Both the position numbers and the translations under genes were made by a program. A stretch of DNA of 64,000 nt from Octopus vulgaris (taxonomy: Eukaryota), in contig OX597840.1 of assembly GCA_951406725.2 (NCBI GenBank), positions 32,612,001-32,676,000 on the forward strand, written 5' to 3'. Numbering within the stretch: the first letter of the stretch is position 1; the number at the start of each line of letters is the position of its first letter. Below are positions 36,933 to 48,851 of this stretch, one piece after another. The notes under the pieces are model-generated. The model was not told the origin of the DNA. It worked only from the letters and a program-made list of their open reading frames with translations, and did not search any database.

Positions 36933-36973
36933 AATAAGAATGTGTATTGGCCGTTTGTTTGGAAAATTTCTAT

Positions 36974-37066
36974 ATGTGGCTGAAGATTGCTCAACATTTT
37001 AAAACTGATATAATAATTCTTACAGTGTTTAATAAAATGAAGTAGCATGAAACGATCGTACCACAT
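36974..37066 (+). ncRNA. Type I hammerhead ribozyme motif, core intact
   Basis: ATGTGG-CTGAAGA-(T)TGCT..long stem II..AGCA(T)-GAAA-CGATCG-TA^CCACAT: 6-bp stem I, palindromic stem III, GUA cleavage triplet. The first stem II pair is a T-T mismatch. Confidence 0.8.
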
Positions 37067-37095
37067 TACCTCGGATATACTTGTTGCTTATTTTG

Positions 37096-37262
<167 letters not shown>

Positions 37263-37294
37263 TTTATTTTAAGCAGCAGAAAATTCAACAAAAT

Positions 37295-37332
37295 CTGTTA
37301 CTCTGAGTTTCTCATTGCCGTTCATCAGACAG
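37295..37332 (-). ncRNA. Minimal type I hammerhead ribozyme motif (inverted copy)
   Basis: Reverse complement reads CTGT-CTGATGA-ACGGCAATGA-GAAA-CTCAGAG-TA^ACAG; it is the other arm of hairpin 37262-37434. Confidence 0.72.
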
Positions 37333-37363
37333 TTTTTGCTAGAATAGTCCATTCTAGCAAAAA

Positions 37364-37401
37364 CTGTCTGATGAACGGCAGCGAGAAACTCAGAGTAACA
37401 G
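37364..37401 (+). ncRNA. Minimal type I hammerhead ribozyme motif
   Basis: CTGT-CTGATGA-ACGGCAGCGA-GAAA-CTC-A-GAG-TA^ACAG. Confidence 0.75.
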
Positions 37402-37596
37402 ATTTTGTTGAATTTTCTGCTGCTTAAAATAAAGCATATTACTCTACCACTGGTATTTGAGTACTCTTTTTTCCTCCTTGTTTCACATTTATGTGTTTAC
37501 TCCGGTATATATATATATATATATATACATATACACACACGTACAGGCACATGTATATGCGCATATTCACATGCATCTGTTACTTTGTTTCTGTAG

Positions 37597-37673
37597 GATC
37601 TTCACAGACGAGTACAAGTTGTTCCATTATTCAGTTCCAGTCGAGCGTGTTCCAGTTGCAATTCTTATTACAG
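37597..37673 (+). CDS. ZBBX: ZBBX coding exon 12 (DLHRRVQVVPLFSSSRACSSCNSYY)
   Basis: ttctgtag| ... AG|gtgagt; phase 0 to 2. Confidence 0.75.
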
Positions 37674-37769
37674 GTGAGTCTCTCTCCTTCGCTTTACAGA
37701 CTTTGTCTAACCAACAGCCTTTGACCACCTGAATACACACATACACACACAAATGAATATACTGCATGT

Positions 37770-37829
<60 letters not shown>

Positions 37830-37992
37830 GAGTGGCTGAGTGGTAAGTAGCTTGCTTACAAACCACATGGTTCCGGGTTCAGTCCCACTGCGTGGCACCT
37901 TGGACAAGTGTCTTCTACTCTAGCCTCGGGCCAACCAAAGCCTTGTGAGTGGATTTGGTTGACGGAAACTGAAAGAAGGGCGTCGTATATAT

Positions 37993-38062
<70 letters not shown>

Positions 38063-39560
38063 ACACATATATATGTGGATGTGTGTGTGTTTGTTCCCTC
38101 AACATCGCTTGACAACTGATGCTGGTGTGTTTATGTCCCCGTAACTTAGCTGTTCAGCAAAGGAGACCGATAGAATAAGTACTAGGCTTACAAAGAATAA
38201 GTCCTGGGGTTGATTTGCTCGACTAAAGGCTGTGCTCCAGCATGGCCACAGTCACATGACTGAAACAAGTAAAAGAGTAAAAAGAGTATATATATGCAAA
38301 GTATGGGCGTTTAGTTCACAGGTGACCTAAACGATCAGGTACACCAGGTAAATGCTGTAACGGATTACTGGGGCTCCAAGGTTATATCCGAGATTGATTT
38401 CCAATGCAGTGGATACGGAATTGTTAAACAGGGCAGAAAACATTAAGGCAAGGTAAATATCTCAAGTTGTATACAATATCATTATAGGAAGAAATTCAAA
38501 GTCTTACGGCTGTTTTGGGGATACTTCCAAGTATGGAATATTCCATCATCAGAGACAAATAGGGAAAAGGAAAATGGTATACATGAATAAGATAACGACA
38601 TAGAGGAAGGGAGTAAAAGAATAAGGGGATGGAAAGTTCATAGTTCAACTTTCCGAAGTTATAGAAACCAGAGCATGATTCCTTGTGATTGGATTTGGTT
38701 GGGAAAAGTTCCCATCATGTGTGTAGATGGGTGTGAAAGTGCTTGGGCCTCTGAGCAGCGAAGAGGGAAACATCATTGAAGTCTCGAAGCTACGAGATAA
38801 TCCAGGATTAATTCAAAACAATGTGAATAAATAAGTTTTACATTTGACCGGATAAATCTTAATGCTAAAGGATTAAGATGGAATAAATTACCATGAAATT
38901 TTGATGGAGGGTTTTGCAGGAATTTCATATCATAGAAGCAGAGGTGGTCTCAGGCTTATTGGTATCAAAAGGGATTAAGATTAAGAAAATGGTACCGTAT
39001 GGATTAACTGATGGGGATATATTTGCTTGCCAGATTCAGTTATTTATGAATAAATAGATTAATATAAATTCTATAGATAGATTGATGCAGGAGTGGATGT
39101 GTGGTAAGAAGCTTGTTTACCAACCACATGGTTCCGGGTTCAGTCCCAATGCATGGCACCTTTGGAAAGTGTCTTCTATTATAGCCTCGGGCCTACCAAA
39201 GCCTTGTGAGTGGATTTGGTAGACGGAAACTGAAAGAAGCCTGTCGTATATATATATATGTGTGTGTGTGTGTCTGCGTTTGTCCCCCCCAACATTGCTT
39301 GACAACCAATGCTGGTGTGTTTACGTCGCCGTCACTTAGCAGTTCGGCAAAAGTGACCGATAGAATAAGTACTGGGCTTACAAAGAATAAGTCCTGGGGT
39401 CGATTTGCCCGACTAAAGGCGGTTCTCCAGCATGGCCGCAGTCAAATGATAAACGATAAGGTATTTGTAGAATTTGTGAGATAGGGAACGTTTTTTAAAT
39501 AGAGATTTGTAAATTTAACACAAAGTAAATATCGACATTTTTTTTCTCTTACGCTTGCAG

Positions 39561-39669
39561 TTCTGTAACACCAAAAACCTCCTATCAGTCACTCACCACT
39601 GATAGCAAGAGACAGGGAAAGTTTCCCTATCTTCGTCGGCCATACGATAGACCACAGCATAGATTATAA
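39561..39669 (+). CDS. ZBBX: Candidate alternative terminal exon of ZBBX (SVTPKTSYQSLTTDSKRQGKFPYLRRPYDRPQHRL*)
   Basis: Strong acceptor tttttctcttacgcttgcag|, in phase 2, open to TAA 39667-39669. No strong donor; AATAAA at 39835. Confidence 0.5.
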
Positions 39670-39870
39670 AGCCTTCTAGCGGAACTCTCCCAGAGTATTT
39701 TTGAACAGAATAGATTACCTGTTAATTCTGCGGATAGATAAGATACTTCTAAAATATCAATATGTGTGTGAAAGAGAGAGAAAGAGAGAGAGAGAGAGAG
39801 CGGATTATATATTGGTTCGTTGTAAATAACACATAATAAATATAGATATTTTATTTCGTTTAACTTGTCT

Positions 39871-40785
39871 CTTAACCCTTTTGTTACTAACCCAGCCAAA
39901 ACCGGCTCTGGCTCTGTGGTAAAATGTCTTGTTTTCATAAGTTTTGAATTAAAATCTTCCACCAAACCTTAGTCACAATTTATGTTTCTAACACTAGCTT
40001 AATGATAATCAAGTTATTTTACTAAATTCTTTGTTATATTTAAAATTAATTGAAAGAAACACAGAGCATCTCAACAGAAATATGGTAACAAAAGGGTTAA
40101 AATATATAATAGAGAAACAATTCTTAATCCTTTTGATACCAACCCGGCTGAAACCAGCTCTGGCTCTAAGTTCAAATGTCTTGTTTTCATAAGTTTTGAA
40201 TTAAAATCTTCCACCAAACCTTAGTCACAATTTATGTTCCTAACACTAGCTTAATGATAACCAAGTTATTTTACTAAATTCTTTGTTATATTTAAAATTA
40301 ATTGAAGGAAACACAGAGCATCTCAACAGAAATATGGTAACAAAAGGGTTAAAAAATATAATAGAGAAACAATTTTAACCCTTTTGGTACCAACCAGGCT
40401 GAAACCACCTCTGGCTCTGTAGTACAAATATCTTGTTTTCAAAAGTTCTGAATTAAAATCTTCCACCAAACCTTAGTCACAATTTATGTTTCTAACACTA
40501 GCTGAATAATAACCAAGTTATTTTACTAAATTCTTTGTTATATTTAAAATTAATTGAAAGAAACACAGAGCATCTCAACAGAAATATGGTAAGAAAAGGG
40601 TTAAAATATATAATAGAGAAACAATTCTTAACCCTTTTGATATCAACCTGGCTGAAACCGCCTCTGGCTCTGCAGTACAAATATCTTGTTTTCATAAGTT
40701 TTGAATTAAAATCTTCCACCAAACCTTACTCACAATTTATGTTCCTAACACCAGCTTAATGATAGCTAAGTTATTTTACTAAATG
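39871..40785. repeat. Tandem array of ~4 piggyBac-like MITE units (~250-bp period)
   Basis: Each unit TTAACCCTTTT...AAAGGGTTAA plus spacer AATATATAATAGAGAAACAATTC. Confidence 0.85.
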
Positions 40786-40789
40786 ATGA

Positions 40790-41450
40790 TACCTGCTCAG
40801 AGGCCTATGCAAAGTTGTAGAAAGTGTATGGAGAGGAGTGTTTGAGATGCACTCAAGTGTATTAGTGGTTTAGACGTTTCCAAGATGGCCAAAAAAAGTC
40901 AATATTGACAAATATTCTGGGTGACCCGCAACCAACAGAACTGAGAAAAACATCGCAGATGTGCATTCAGCTGTGAGGGGAAATCGTCAAATTACCATCT
41001 GTGAGTTATCAGAGGATGTGCAGATTAGTTACGGTTCAGTTCAGTCCATTATCACTGAAGATTTGGGTATGAGATGCGTGTCTGCAAAGTTTGTGCCAAA
41101 ACTGCTTTCAGCTGACCAAAAGGAAACTCGGGTTTCAGTTGCACAAGATCTTCTTGATTGGGTCGAGAATAACGAAAACTCTTTGAAAACTTTGCTTAGG
41201 CCTCTGAGCAGGTATTGCCAATCTTTTGGTCAAATTTGATGCAGATTTTTTGCTCAAATTACTCTGTCATGATCAATGCGGCAATCACACGCTACACACC
41301 TTCCTTCCAATTGCTGCTGTAAACAGCAGAAGCAAGCTAGAACATTAAAAGTTAGTACCCATGCACAGCAGAATTCAAAGTCAATCTGTGTCAAGCAGCT
41401 TTACATTCGTTACTATAAGAACAGTCTGAATACTTATTGATCAGACCACA
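40790..41450 (+). mobile_element. Mariner-like remnant (HTH region)
   Basis: NRQITICELSEDVQISYGSVQSIITEDLGMRCVSAKFVPKLLS (WVPHEL-like motif). Boundaries approximate. Confidence 0.8.
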
Positions 41451-41899
41451 GGTAGCCAAATACAAGGATATAGAAATAATTCTCCATGCCAGTATTCAAT
41501 TTGTACATAGAGCTCATCAATGCAGGAGTAAAGAATAGGTTTGGTGAGGCACACAAAGACCAGAGTAACAGGAAAACCATTTGAAAAATATGCATTATCC
41601 ATGTGAAATTTTAATTGCTTTTACAATTTGTTCCAGAACATTCCATGGAAATACCCATTTCTTTACTACCCACAAGGGGTTAAACACAGAGGGGACAAAC
41701 AATGACAGACAAACGGATTAAGTCGATTATATCGACCCCAATGCATAACTGGTACTTATTTAATCGACCCTGAAAGGATGAAAGGCAGTCGACCTCGGCG
41801 TTTCTGCCATTATCACTAATATATACGTCCTCCACTTGTATGTCTGTATGTGTGTGAGTGTGTATGTGTGTGTGTGAATGTGTGTGTATTTGTGTGTGC

Positions 41900-41953
<54 letters not shown>

Positions 41954-44477
41954 CAATGCATGTGTGTTTATATGTGTGCATGTGTGTGTATGTATGTGTA
42001 TATACGTCTGTATGTGTGTGTGTGCGTGAATGTGTGTGTGAATATATGTGAATGCATGTGTGTGTGTGTATGTATGTGTATATACGTCTGCATGTGTGTG
42101 TGAATGTCTGGTATATGTGTGCGTGAATGTGTGTGTGAATGCATGCATGCATGTGTATGTGCATGCGTGTGTGTGTGAAGGTGCATGGATAGTGTCTAAG
42201 GTGTGGCACTCATGATTATAAGACTCTGGTCTTGATTCCCAGACTGTTGTTGCATTGAGGTCTTGAGCAAGACACTTCACTTCTCATTGCCTCCAGTCCA
42301 CTCTTATAAAGGGTTAACCCCGCAACAGACTGGCATTATATACTGACACACAGTTGCTGATCTTGTATTGAGACAAACAACTTGTTTTAAATCTCTCAGT
42401 GATATTCTTGTTGTATATATATATATATATATAATATATATCATCATCGCAGGAGTGGCTGTGTGGTAGCATAGCTTGCTAACCAACCGCATGGTTCCGG
42501 GTTCAGTCCACTGCGTGGCACCTTGGGCAAGTGTCTTCTGCCATAGCCCCCGACCAATGCCTTGTGAGTGGATTTGGTAGACGGAAACTGAAAGAAGCCT
42601 GTCGTATATATGTATATATATATATGTATGTGTCTGTGTTTGTCCCCTAGCTTTACGTGCCACCCGCACAGGTGCCAGACAGAGCTGGCAAATGGCCATG
42701 GACGGATGGTGCTTTTTACGTGCCACCGGCATGGGGCCAGGCGAGGCTGGCAACGGCCACGAACGGTGGTGCTCCAGCATGGCCACAGTCAAATGACTGA
42801 AACAAGTAAAATGTATGCTGTATATAGTAAAGAGATATGTATGTATGCTGTGAAGCACCAGCTTCACATAGCAGCCCCAGCCCACCCAAAGTACTTTGGA
42901 TTGCAGGACAGCCTGCTGTGCTTACCTTAGATCGTAGGGTGACCTGCTGTGCTTGAGGAAACCTATTGAGTCAAGTACATCAACATCAAAATAAAAAATT
43001 AAATGGAAATTGTAGTTGTGACACCTGTGCCAGTGGCATGTAAAAAGCACCATCCGAACGTGGATGATGCCAGCGCCACCTTAACTGGCTTCCCTGCCAG
43101 TGGCACGTAAAAAGCACCAACCGTTCGTGGCCGTTGCCAGCCTCCCTTGGCACGTAAAAAGCACCCACTACACTCACGGAGTGGTTGGTGTTAGGAAGGG
43201 CATCCAGCTGTAGAAGCACTGCCAGATCAGACTGGAGCCTGGTGCAGCCTCCTGGCTTCCCAGACCCCAGTCGAACCATCCAACCCATGCTAGCACGGAA
43301 AACAGACGATGATGATGATGATGATGATGATGATGATATAAGTATGTATGTGTGTGTGTGTGTGTGTAATGTTTTTCATTAGACTATTTTTTCTCTCTCT
43401 TTGATGACAGCTACTGTATCTTGACATGTTAAACGTTCCATTTAATTGTTTTATTTCGCTTTTCAACTGTTTATACTAAAAGCAGTGTGGCACCTACTCA
43501 CAGCCAGGTGGGCTGAGCCTATGAGAATTATTGTGTCTCAGACAGTATAAGCCCAGTGCAGTGCTTTTCTCCAAATGCCGGCAATAGGGAATGAACCCGC
43601 GACCTCTTACTCTTTTACTCTTTTACTTGTTTCAGTCATTTGACTGCGGCCATGCTGGAGCACCGCCTTTAATCAAGCAACTCGACCCCAGCACTTATAC
43701 TTTGTAAGCCCAGTACTTATTCTATCGGTCTGTTTTGCCGAACCGCTAAGTGACGGGGACATAAACACACCAGCATCGGTTGAAAAGCGATGTTGTGGGG
43801 ACAAACACAGACACACAAACACACACGCGCATATATATATATATACATATATACGATGGGCTTCTTTCAGTTTCCGTCTACCAAATCCACTCACAAGGCA
43901 TTGGTCGGCCCGAGGCTATAGTAGAAGACACTTGCCCAAGTTGCCACGCAGTGGGACTGAACCTGGAACCATGTGGTTGGTTAGCAAGCTACTTACCACA
44001 CAGCCACTCCTGCGCCTATATATATATATATATATATACGACGGGCTTCTTTCAGTTTCCGTCTACCAAATCCACTCACAAGGCTTTGGTCGGCCCGAGG
44101 CTATAGTAGAAGACACTTGCCCAAGATGCCACGCAGTGGGACTGAACCCGGAACCATGTGGTTCGTAAACAAGCTACTTACCACACAGCCACTCCTACAC
44201 CTATATATATATATATATGGACTTATAAATATATATATATATATATATATATACGACGGGCTTCTTTCAGTTTCCATCTACGAAATCCACTCACAAGGCA
44301 TTGGTCGGCCCGGGGCTATAGTAGAAGACACTTGCCCAAGGTGCCACGCAGTGGGACTGAACCCGGAACCATGTGGTTGGTAAAACAAGCTACTTACCAC
44401 ACAGCCACTCCTGCGCCTCTTGTTGATGACCCCTTGGTCATCCTCTCTACACCTTTGTCTTCTTCTTCTTCCTTCCA

Positions 44478-44509
<32 letters not shown>

Positions 44510-44543
44510 CAATGTTACTTTTACCGATTTTCTGTCTCTGCAG

Positions 44544-44723
44544 TGGAGAGAGAAGACACTATTTGAGAAAAAATGAAGAGAGCGATGATGAGAAGGACGA
44601 GGGCAAGGGAACCCATCAGCGACCCCTTTCTGTCCCCAGTGACACAATGTTTGCAAAAAGAATTGGTTCAGAAGGGTCAGCTTCTCGGACAGTGATCCCT
44701 TTTAAGGGGCTGTCTTTCAACAG
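44544..44723 (+). CDS. ZBBX: ZBBX coding exon 13 (GERRHYLRKNEESDDEKDEG...)
   Basis: tctctgcag| ... AG|gttggt; phase 2 to 2. Confidence 0.75.
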
Positions 44724-45608
44724 GTTGGTGGAATAGTTTTCTTTTTTATATTTTGCTTTTTGATTTTACTGTTATTTTGTTGTTTATTTTGTTTTTGCAC
44801 TATAGTTTTTGTGTGTATGTGTGTATATGTGTGTGTATGTGTGTTTGTGTGAGTGTGTATGTGTGTGTGTGTACGTGTGAATGTGTGTACGTGTGAATGT
44901 GTGTGTGTGTGTGTATGTGTATGTGAATGCATGTGTTATGTGTGTGTATGTGTGTGTGAGTGTGTATGTATGTGTGTGTGAGTGTGTATGTGTGTGTGTG
45001 TACGTGTGAATGTGTGTACGTGTGAATGTGTGTGTGTGTGTGTATGTGTATGTGAATGCATGTATATACATATATACATATATATATATATATATGGGTG
45101 GCACGTAAAAAGCACCCACTACACTCACGGAGTGGTTGGCATTAGGAAGGGCATCCAGCCGTAGAAACACTGCCAGATCTGACTGGGCCTGATGAAGCCT
45201 TCTGGCTTCACAGACCCCAGTAGAACCGTCCAACCCATGCTAGCATGGAGAACGGACGCTAAATGATGCTGATGATGATGATGATGATAATATATATATA
45301 TATACACACACATACATACATACATACATATATACGACGGGTTTCTTTCAGTTTCCGTCTACCAAATCCACTCACAAGGCTTTGGTCGGCTCGGGGCTAT
45401 AGTAGAAGACACTTGCCCAAGGTGCCACGCAGTGGGACTGAACCCGGAAACATGTGGTTTGTAAGCAAGCTACTTACCACACAGCCATGCCTGTGTTGTG
45501 AAGAGAATATATTAATCTCGTAGCCCCGTCCAGAGTTTGAACTCACAATGTCTCATTTTCTTTTCCTGTAACCATTTCCTCGTCATTGTCTTCTCCTCAT
45601 CGTCATAG

Positions 45609-45850
45609 GGAGTCGGACCCCACAAAGAAAGCATCGTCCAGCATTGAAGAGCTTAAACAAGACTCTCAACAGCCTGTTTACCAATTAGGTGACACGAGAA
45701 AGGATTCAGAACATTCTCTACTTAATGCTGGAATCGATGTCAACGGTCGGAACAAGGACATCTCAGATTTGGATTTGGCGCCAACGGACAGAACCGTAAC
45801 GACTTCTGGTGAAGATCCCTCAGAGACAGTGGAAACAACTAGTGACATCT
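45609..45850 (+). CDS. ZBBX: ZBBX coding exon 14 (ESDPTKKASSSIEELKQ...)
   Basis: cgtcatag| ... T|gtgagt; phase 2 to 1. Confidence 0.78.
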
Positions 45851-45899
45851 GTGAGTCATTTTAAGGTGTTGGTTTCATGTTGCTTTTTTTGTTGTTCTA

Positions 45900-46950
45900 G
45901 TTGGTGTTGTTTTAGTTGGTGGTCGTGGTTGTAATGGTGTCGGTGGTAGTAGTTGTAGTAGTCGTGATTGTGTCAGGGTGGTTAGTGATTGTGTTGGTGA
46001 TGGCAGTGGTAGTGTCATTGTTGTTGGTGGTGGTGGTGGTAGTGACAGTAGTGGTGGTAGTGGTGGTGGTGGTGGTGGTGATGGTGATGGTGGTGACAGT
46101 GGTGATAGGGATGGTAGTTGTGTGGTGGTGGTTTTGGTTGTGGTGGCGGTGGTGGTAGTGTCGTTGTTGGTAGTGGTGGTGGTGGTTTTGGTTATGGTGG
46201 TGGTGGTGGTGGTGGCGGTGGTGGTGGTGGTGGTAGTGTCGTTGTTGTTGGTAGTGGTGGTGGTGGTTTTGGTAGTGGTGGTGGTGGTTTTGGTTGTGGT
46301 GGTGGTGGTGGTAGTGTCGTTGTTGTTGGTGGTGGCGGTAGTGGTGGTGGTGGTGGTGGTGGTGGTGGTGGTGGTGGTGGTGGTGGTGGTGGGTGGTGGT
46401 GGTGGTGGTGGTGGTGGTGGTAGTGGTAGTGGTGGTGGTGGTGGTTGTGGTGGTGGTGGTGGTAGTGGTTGTTGTCGTGGTGGTGGTGGTTTTGGTTATG
46501 GTGGTGGTGGTGGTGGTGGCGGTGGTGGTGGTGGTGGTAGTGTCGTTGTTGTTGGTGGTGGTGGTGGTGGTTTTGGTAGTGGTGGTGGTGGTGGTTTTGG
46601 TTGTGGTGGTGGTGGTGGTGGTAGTGTCGTTGTTGTTGGTGGTGGTGGTGGTGGTGGTGGTGGTGGTGGTGGTGGTGGTGGTGGTGGTGGTGGTGGTGGT
46701 AGTGGTAGTGGTGGTGGCAGCAGTGGTGGTGGCAGCAGTGGTGGTGGCAGCAGTGGTGGTGGCAGCAGTGGTGGTGATAGGGATGGTAGTTGTGATGGTG
46801 GCAGTGGTAGTGTCGTTGTTGTTGGTGGTGGTGGTGATTGTGTTGGTGGTAGTGTTAGAGGCAGTGGTATCAGAAGTGATAGTGGTTGTCATGATGGTGG
46901 TTTGGTAGTGGTAGTGGTGGTGGTTGTGATTGTGTTGGTGGTGGTGGTGT
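45900..46950. repeat. (GGT)n compound microsatellite
   Basis: Seen directly. Confidence 0.95.
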
Positions 46951-48851
46951 TCATCTGGGACCCCTGTATCCCAGTCTACATTTGCTCTACACAGACATAT
47001 TATAACTTTCCGGAATCAGGATGATCCCAGGATTGAAAATCTGCCCTTCATTTAGTTCTTGAACATCCAGCATTGGGATCTTACTTAAAAGCATTTGGGT
47101 TGCTATTTCTAGCAGGCAAAGCTTGGCTGATTCATACCATCTTGGTTGGCGTTTGTCAGATGGCGTCAAAGATCAAGGGGGAAATAAACAACATCCGCTT
47201 CGTTAATTTTACGTCGAGATAAGAACTTTGGGACAAATTTGGCCAACAACTGGAATTCAACTTGGGACTGGAACAATAGAACGATTTGCATTACAGAATA
47301 AATTCTCATCTGTCCTTGACCTCTTATCAAATACCAGCGGAGCATATAGTCATTACAGACGTATATAGTCATACTATTTAGCTCTCTTTAGTTTTGAGTT
47401 GTAGGCCCATTTAGCCCTCCACAGAAGCTAGCTTAAAAATCTTCACAGAGTGCAGCTTTTAAGCTAGTCTATTATATAAAAATCCGTTCTGTCTGTCTGT
47501 GTGTCTTCTAGGATCTCGGGCATCCTCCATCTGATTGCGCTCAAATTTGATATGTAGAAACCGACGGTATCAGGGCGTGTATAAGTCTTGAAAAAATTAC
47601 AAAAATCGATTCCAGGTGAGAATGCGATTAATGAAGCCGTGGGAACGTGCATTTGTATGCACAAGTACATCAGCTGTTGCGATCAATACTACGCATACGC
47701 AAGAAAAATGCACGCGCAGTTTGTGCAAAAAAATCATCATGCTTTTCCATCTAGATTTACCTCCAGCTAACCCATTTGCATGCATCGTTTTTGTCCTGCT
47801 TTTCTTCCGTCAACCTGTACATAACTGCACCTTCCATTTTTTGTTGTTTTTGTACTGCTTAAAGGCACGTTTCTTTCCTGCCAAGCTTACTGTTTAAACC
47901 ATGTTTGTGTTCTCCCAGTCAACAGCCTTATCATTACTTGTACTTTAAACTCTTGGGTTGCATATTTGTGTGAATAAAATCGTTTTTCTTTGGAATAGAA
48001 AAAAAAGTCTATCTTTATTTCTTCCTTTGATGGTGTCTGAAATTTAGGTTAAATGCGTGTTTCTCAAAGGGGAGGCCTATGGGACGGTCGGACAAGTTGT
48101 TTTGAGAAAATTTGGTTTAAATGTTTGACAACTCAGCACCTTCCATTAGACGGGGGATGTTTTGCTCGTAGATACATATATGTATATACACAATGGGCTT
48201 CTTTCAGTTTCCATGTACCAAATCCACTCACAAGGCTTTGGTCAGCCTGAGGCCATAGTAGAAGTCACTTGCCCAAGGTGTTACACAATGGGACTGAACC
48301 TGGAACCACGTGGTTGGAAAGCAAGCTTTTTACCACAGGCCACAGCTGTACCTATGTAACAAAATTTTAATTTTCTTTTTTCTTTGGTCAGTGTCATTTC
48401 CTAGGGGAGGCCTATGGGACGGTCGGACAAGTTGTTTTGAGAAAATTTGGTTTACATGTTTGACAACTCAGCACCGTCCATTGGACGGGGGCATTTTGCT
48501 TGTATTATTTTATTTTTTTTTTTTATCTAGTTTCAGCTCACGAGCTGTGGCCATGCTGGGGCACGGCGAGCTGGCAGAAACGTTAGCGCGCCGGGCAAAA
48601 TGCTTAGCGGTATTTCATCTGTCGTTAGGTTCTGAGTTCAAATTCCACTGAGGTCGACTTTGCCTTTCATCCTTTCGGGGTCGATAAATAAAGTACCAGT
48701 TTCACACTGGGGTCGATGTAATCGACTGACTCCCTTTGTCTGTCCTTGTTTGTCCCTTCTATGTTTAGCCCCTTGTGGGTAGTAAAGAAAAAAAATTTAT
48801 ATATGTTTGTATTTATTTTCAAACATTATATATGTTTGTATTTATTTTCAG

